From Felis catus (taxonomy: Eukaryota): a stretch of 64,000 bases of DNA. A program made the translations under genes and the position numbers. Each line of letters starts with the position of its first letter. Positions within the stretch are counted from its first letter, which is position 1. The stretch spans positions 9,424,001 through 9,488,000 of the forward strand of contig NC_058368.1 of NCBI RefSeq assembly GCF_018350175.1, in the 5' to 3' direction. Positions 63,046 through 64,000 of this stretch are shown in pieces. The notes under the pieces were generated by a model. It was not told the origin of the DNA. It ran no database searches and was given only the letters and a program-made list of their open reading frames with translations.

Positions 63046-63319
63046 CCAGTGATTAATCCATTACACTATAACGCCTACCTTTGCAAAGATACATCCAACT
63101 TTTTTTTTTTTTTTTTTTTTTTTTTGGCCCTAGCTGGGCTTTTCTGAGTAAACGCCAAATGCAATCAGGTGTGGGAATGGACTAAGAACTGAGAAGCAAA
63201 ATGGAAAAGATGTGAAGCCCCTGAGGGTTATAGGCTAGCCAAGTAGTGACTTACAAAGAGGACATGTCACCACCACCCTGAGAAGGAATGGCTACGATTT
63301 ACTGAACATCTGTGTGTTC

Positions 63320-63600
63320 ACCTTCATTCTTTCATTAAATGTGTATTGAGTCCTACCTTATGCGAAGCATTGTTCTAAGTCCTGCGGATGCAGCAGTGAA
63401 CAAAACCAACAGACAAAAGTCCCTGCCTGTGGGGACTCCCCGGACTCCCCAGTCTGTGACCGTGCCAGGCATTTGGCCCTGGGAACTGGGAAACGGGGAA
63501 ACCATGGTCCTTATCCTGAAGTTTACACTTAAGGAGCCAAGTGCACAAGAAGCTAACTGTAATGCCCTGTGACAAGTCTAAAGAGAGGTCCAAAGTGTTG
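63320..63600 (-). mobile_element. L2 3' end
   Basis: 'ttcattctttcattaaatgtgtattgagtcctac...gcagcagtgaacaaaac...gtccctgcc'. Confidence 0.8.
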
Positions 63601-64000
63601 TGAATGGTGGATTCTTGGGGGTGGGGGCGGGTTCCAAGGTTTTTCTCACTAGCTTAGGTGATCAAGACCCTCAAGAGATCCCAGATCCACGGACGAGCCT
63701 GGAGGTCCTGTGGGGGCCTCGTGACAAACTTCTGGGAAGTCAGAACGCCCTCAGGTAACACATATGGGCACAGGCCTCTGTGCTCTCAGGGACTATTATA
63801 CTAGGTCTCCCTAACTTGTGCAACAAGCAATTGATCAGGCTTTTTGTATCTGTTTCTACCCCATTTCATTTCTTTACATTTCATTTTGCTTATTCTAGCT
63901 CTTCCTTCCACCTGCTGAGCTCTTTTTAAACGTTGTTTCAATAATCTTCACTATAATCTGTCCCTCCCAGCTTTGGGCCATCTAGAAGTTTGATATCTGC

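Noticed and set aside
1..64000. CRISPR array, operon-like or other novel multi-gene system
   Set aside because: No regularly spaced repeat-spacer array and no credible non-transposon coding sequence; recurring ~200-bp repeats are dispersed SINEs

Overview
Mammalian genomic DNA, almost certainly a felid (cat family), judged from about 25 carnivore tRNA-derived Can-SINEs that include the felid SINEC_Fc type. The window is intergenic or intronic and repeat-dense: SINEs, old L1 fragments, L2, MIR, MLT1/MER21 LTRs and hAT MITEs. I found no recognisable protein-coding gene. The only ORFs with real protein similarity are L1 remnants; the rest look like chance ORFs in GC-rich or repeat sequence. The best-supported non-routine signals are a 31-bp tailless U2 snRNA retrocopy with a perfect 17-bp target-site duplication (TSD), a strong extended CTCF motif near a CpG island with a consensus splice donor (possible unannotated minus-strand transcript), two template-switch-like micro-rearrangement scars, three SINEs with tandem amplification of the B-box segment, and a very young SINE insertion. 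I see no evidence of a new multi-gene biological system. Repeat family names come from remembered consensus sequences, not a database search, and boundaries of old repeats are approximate.
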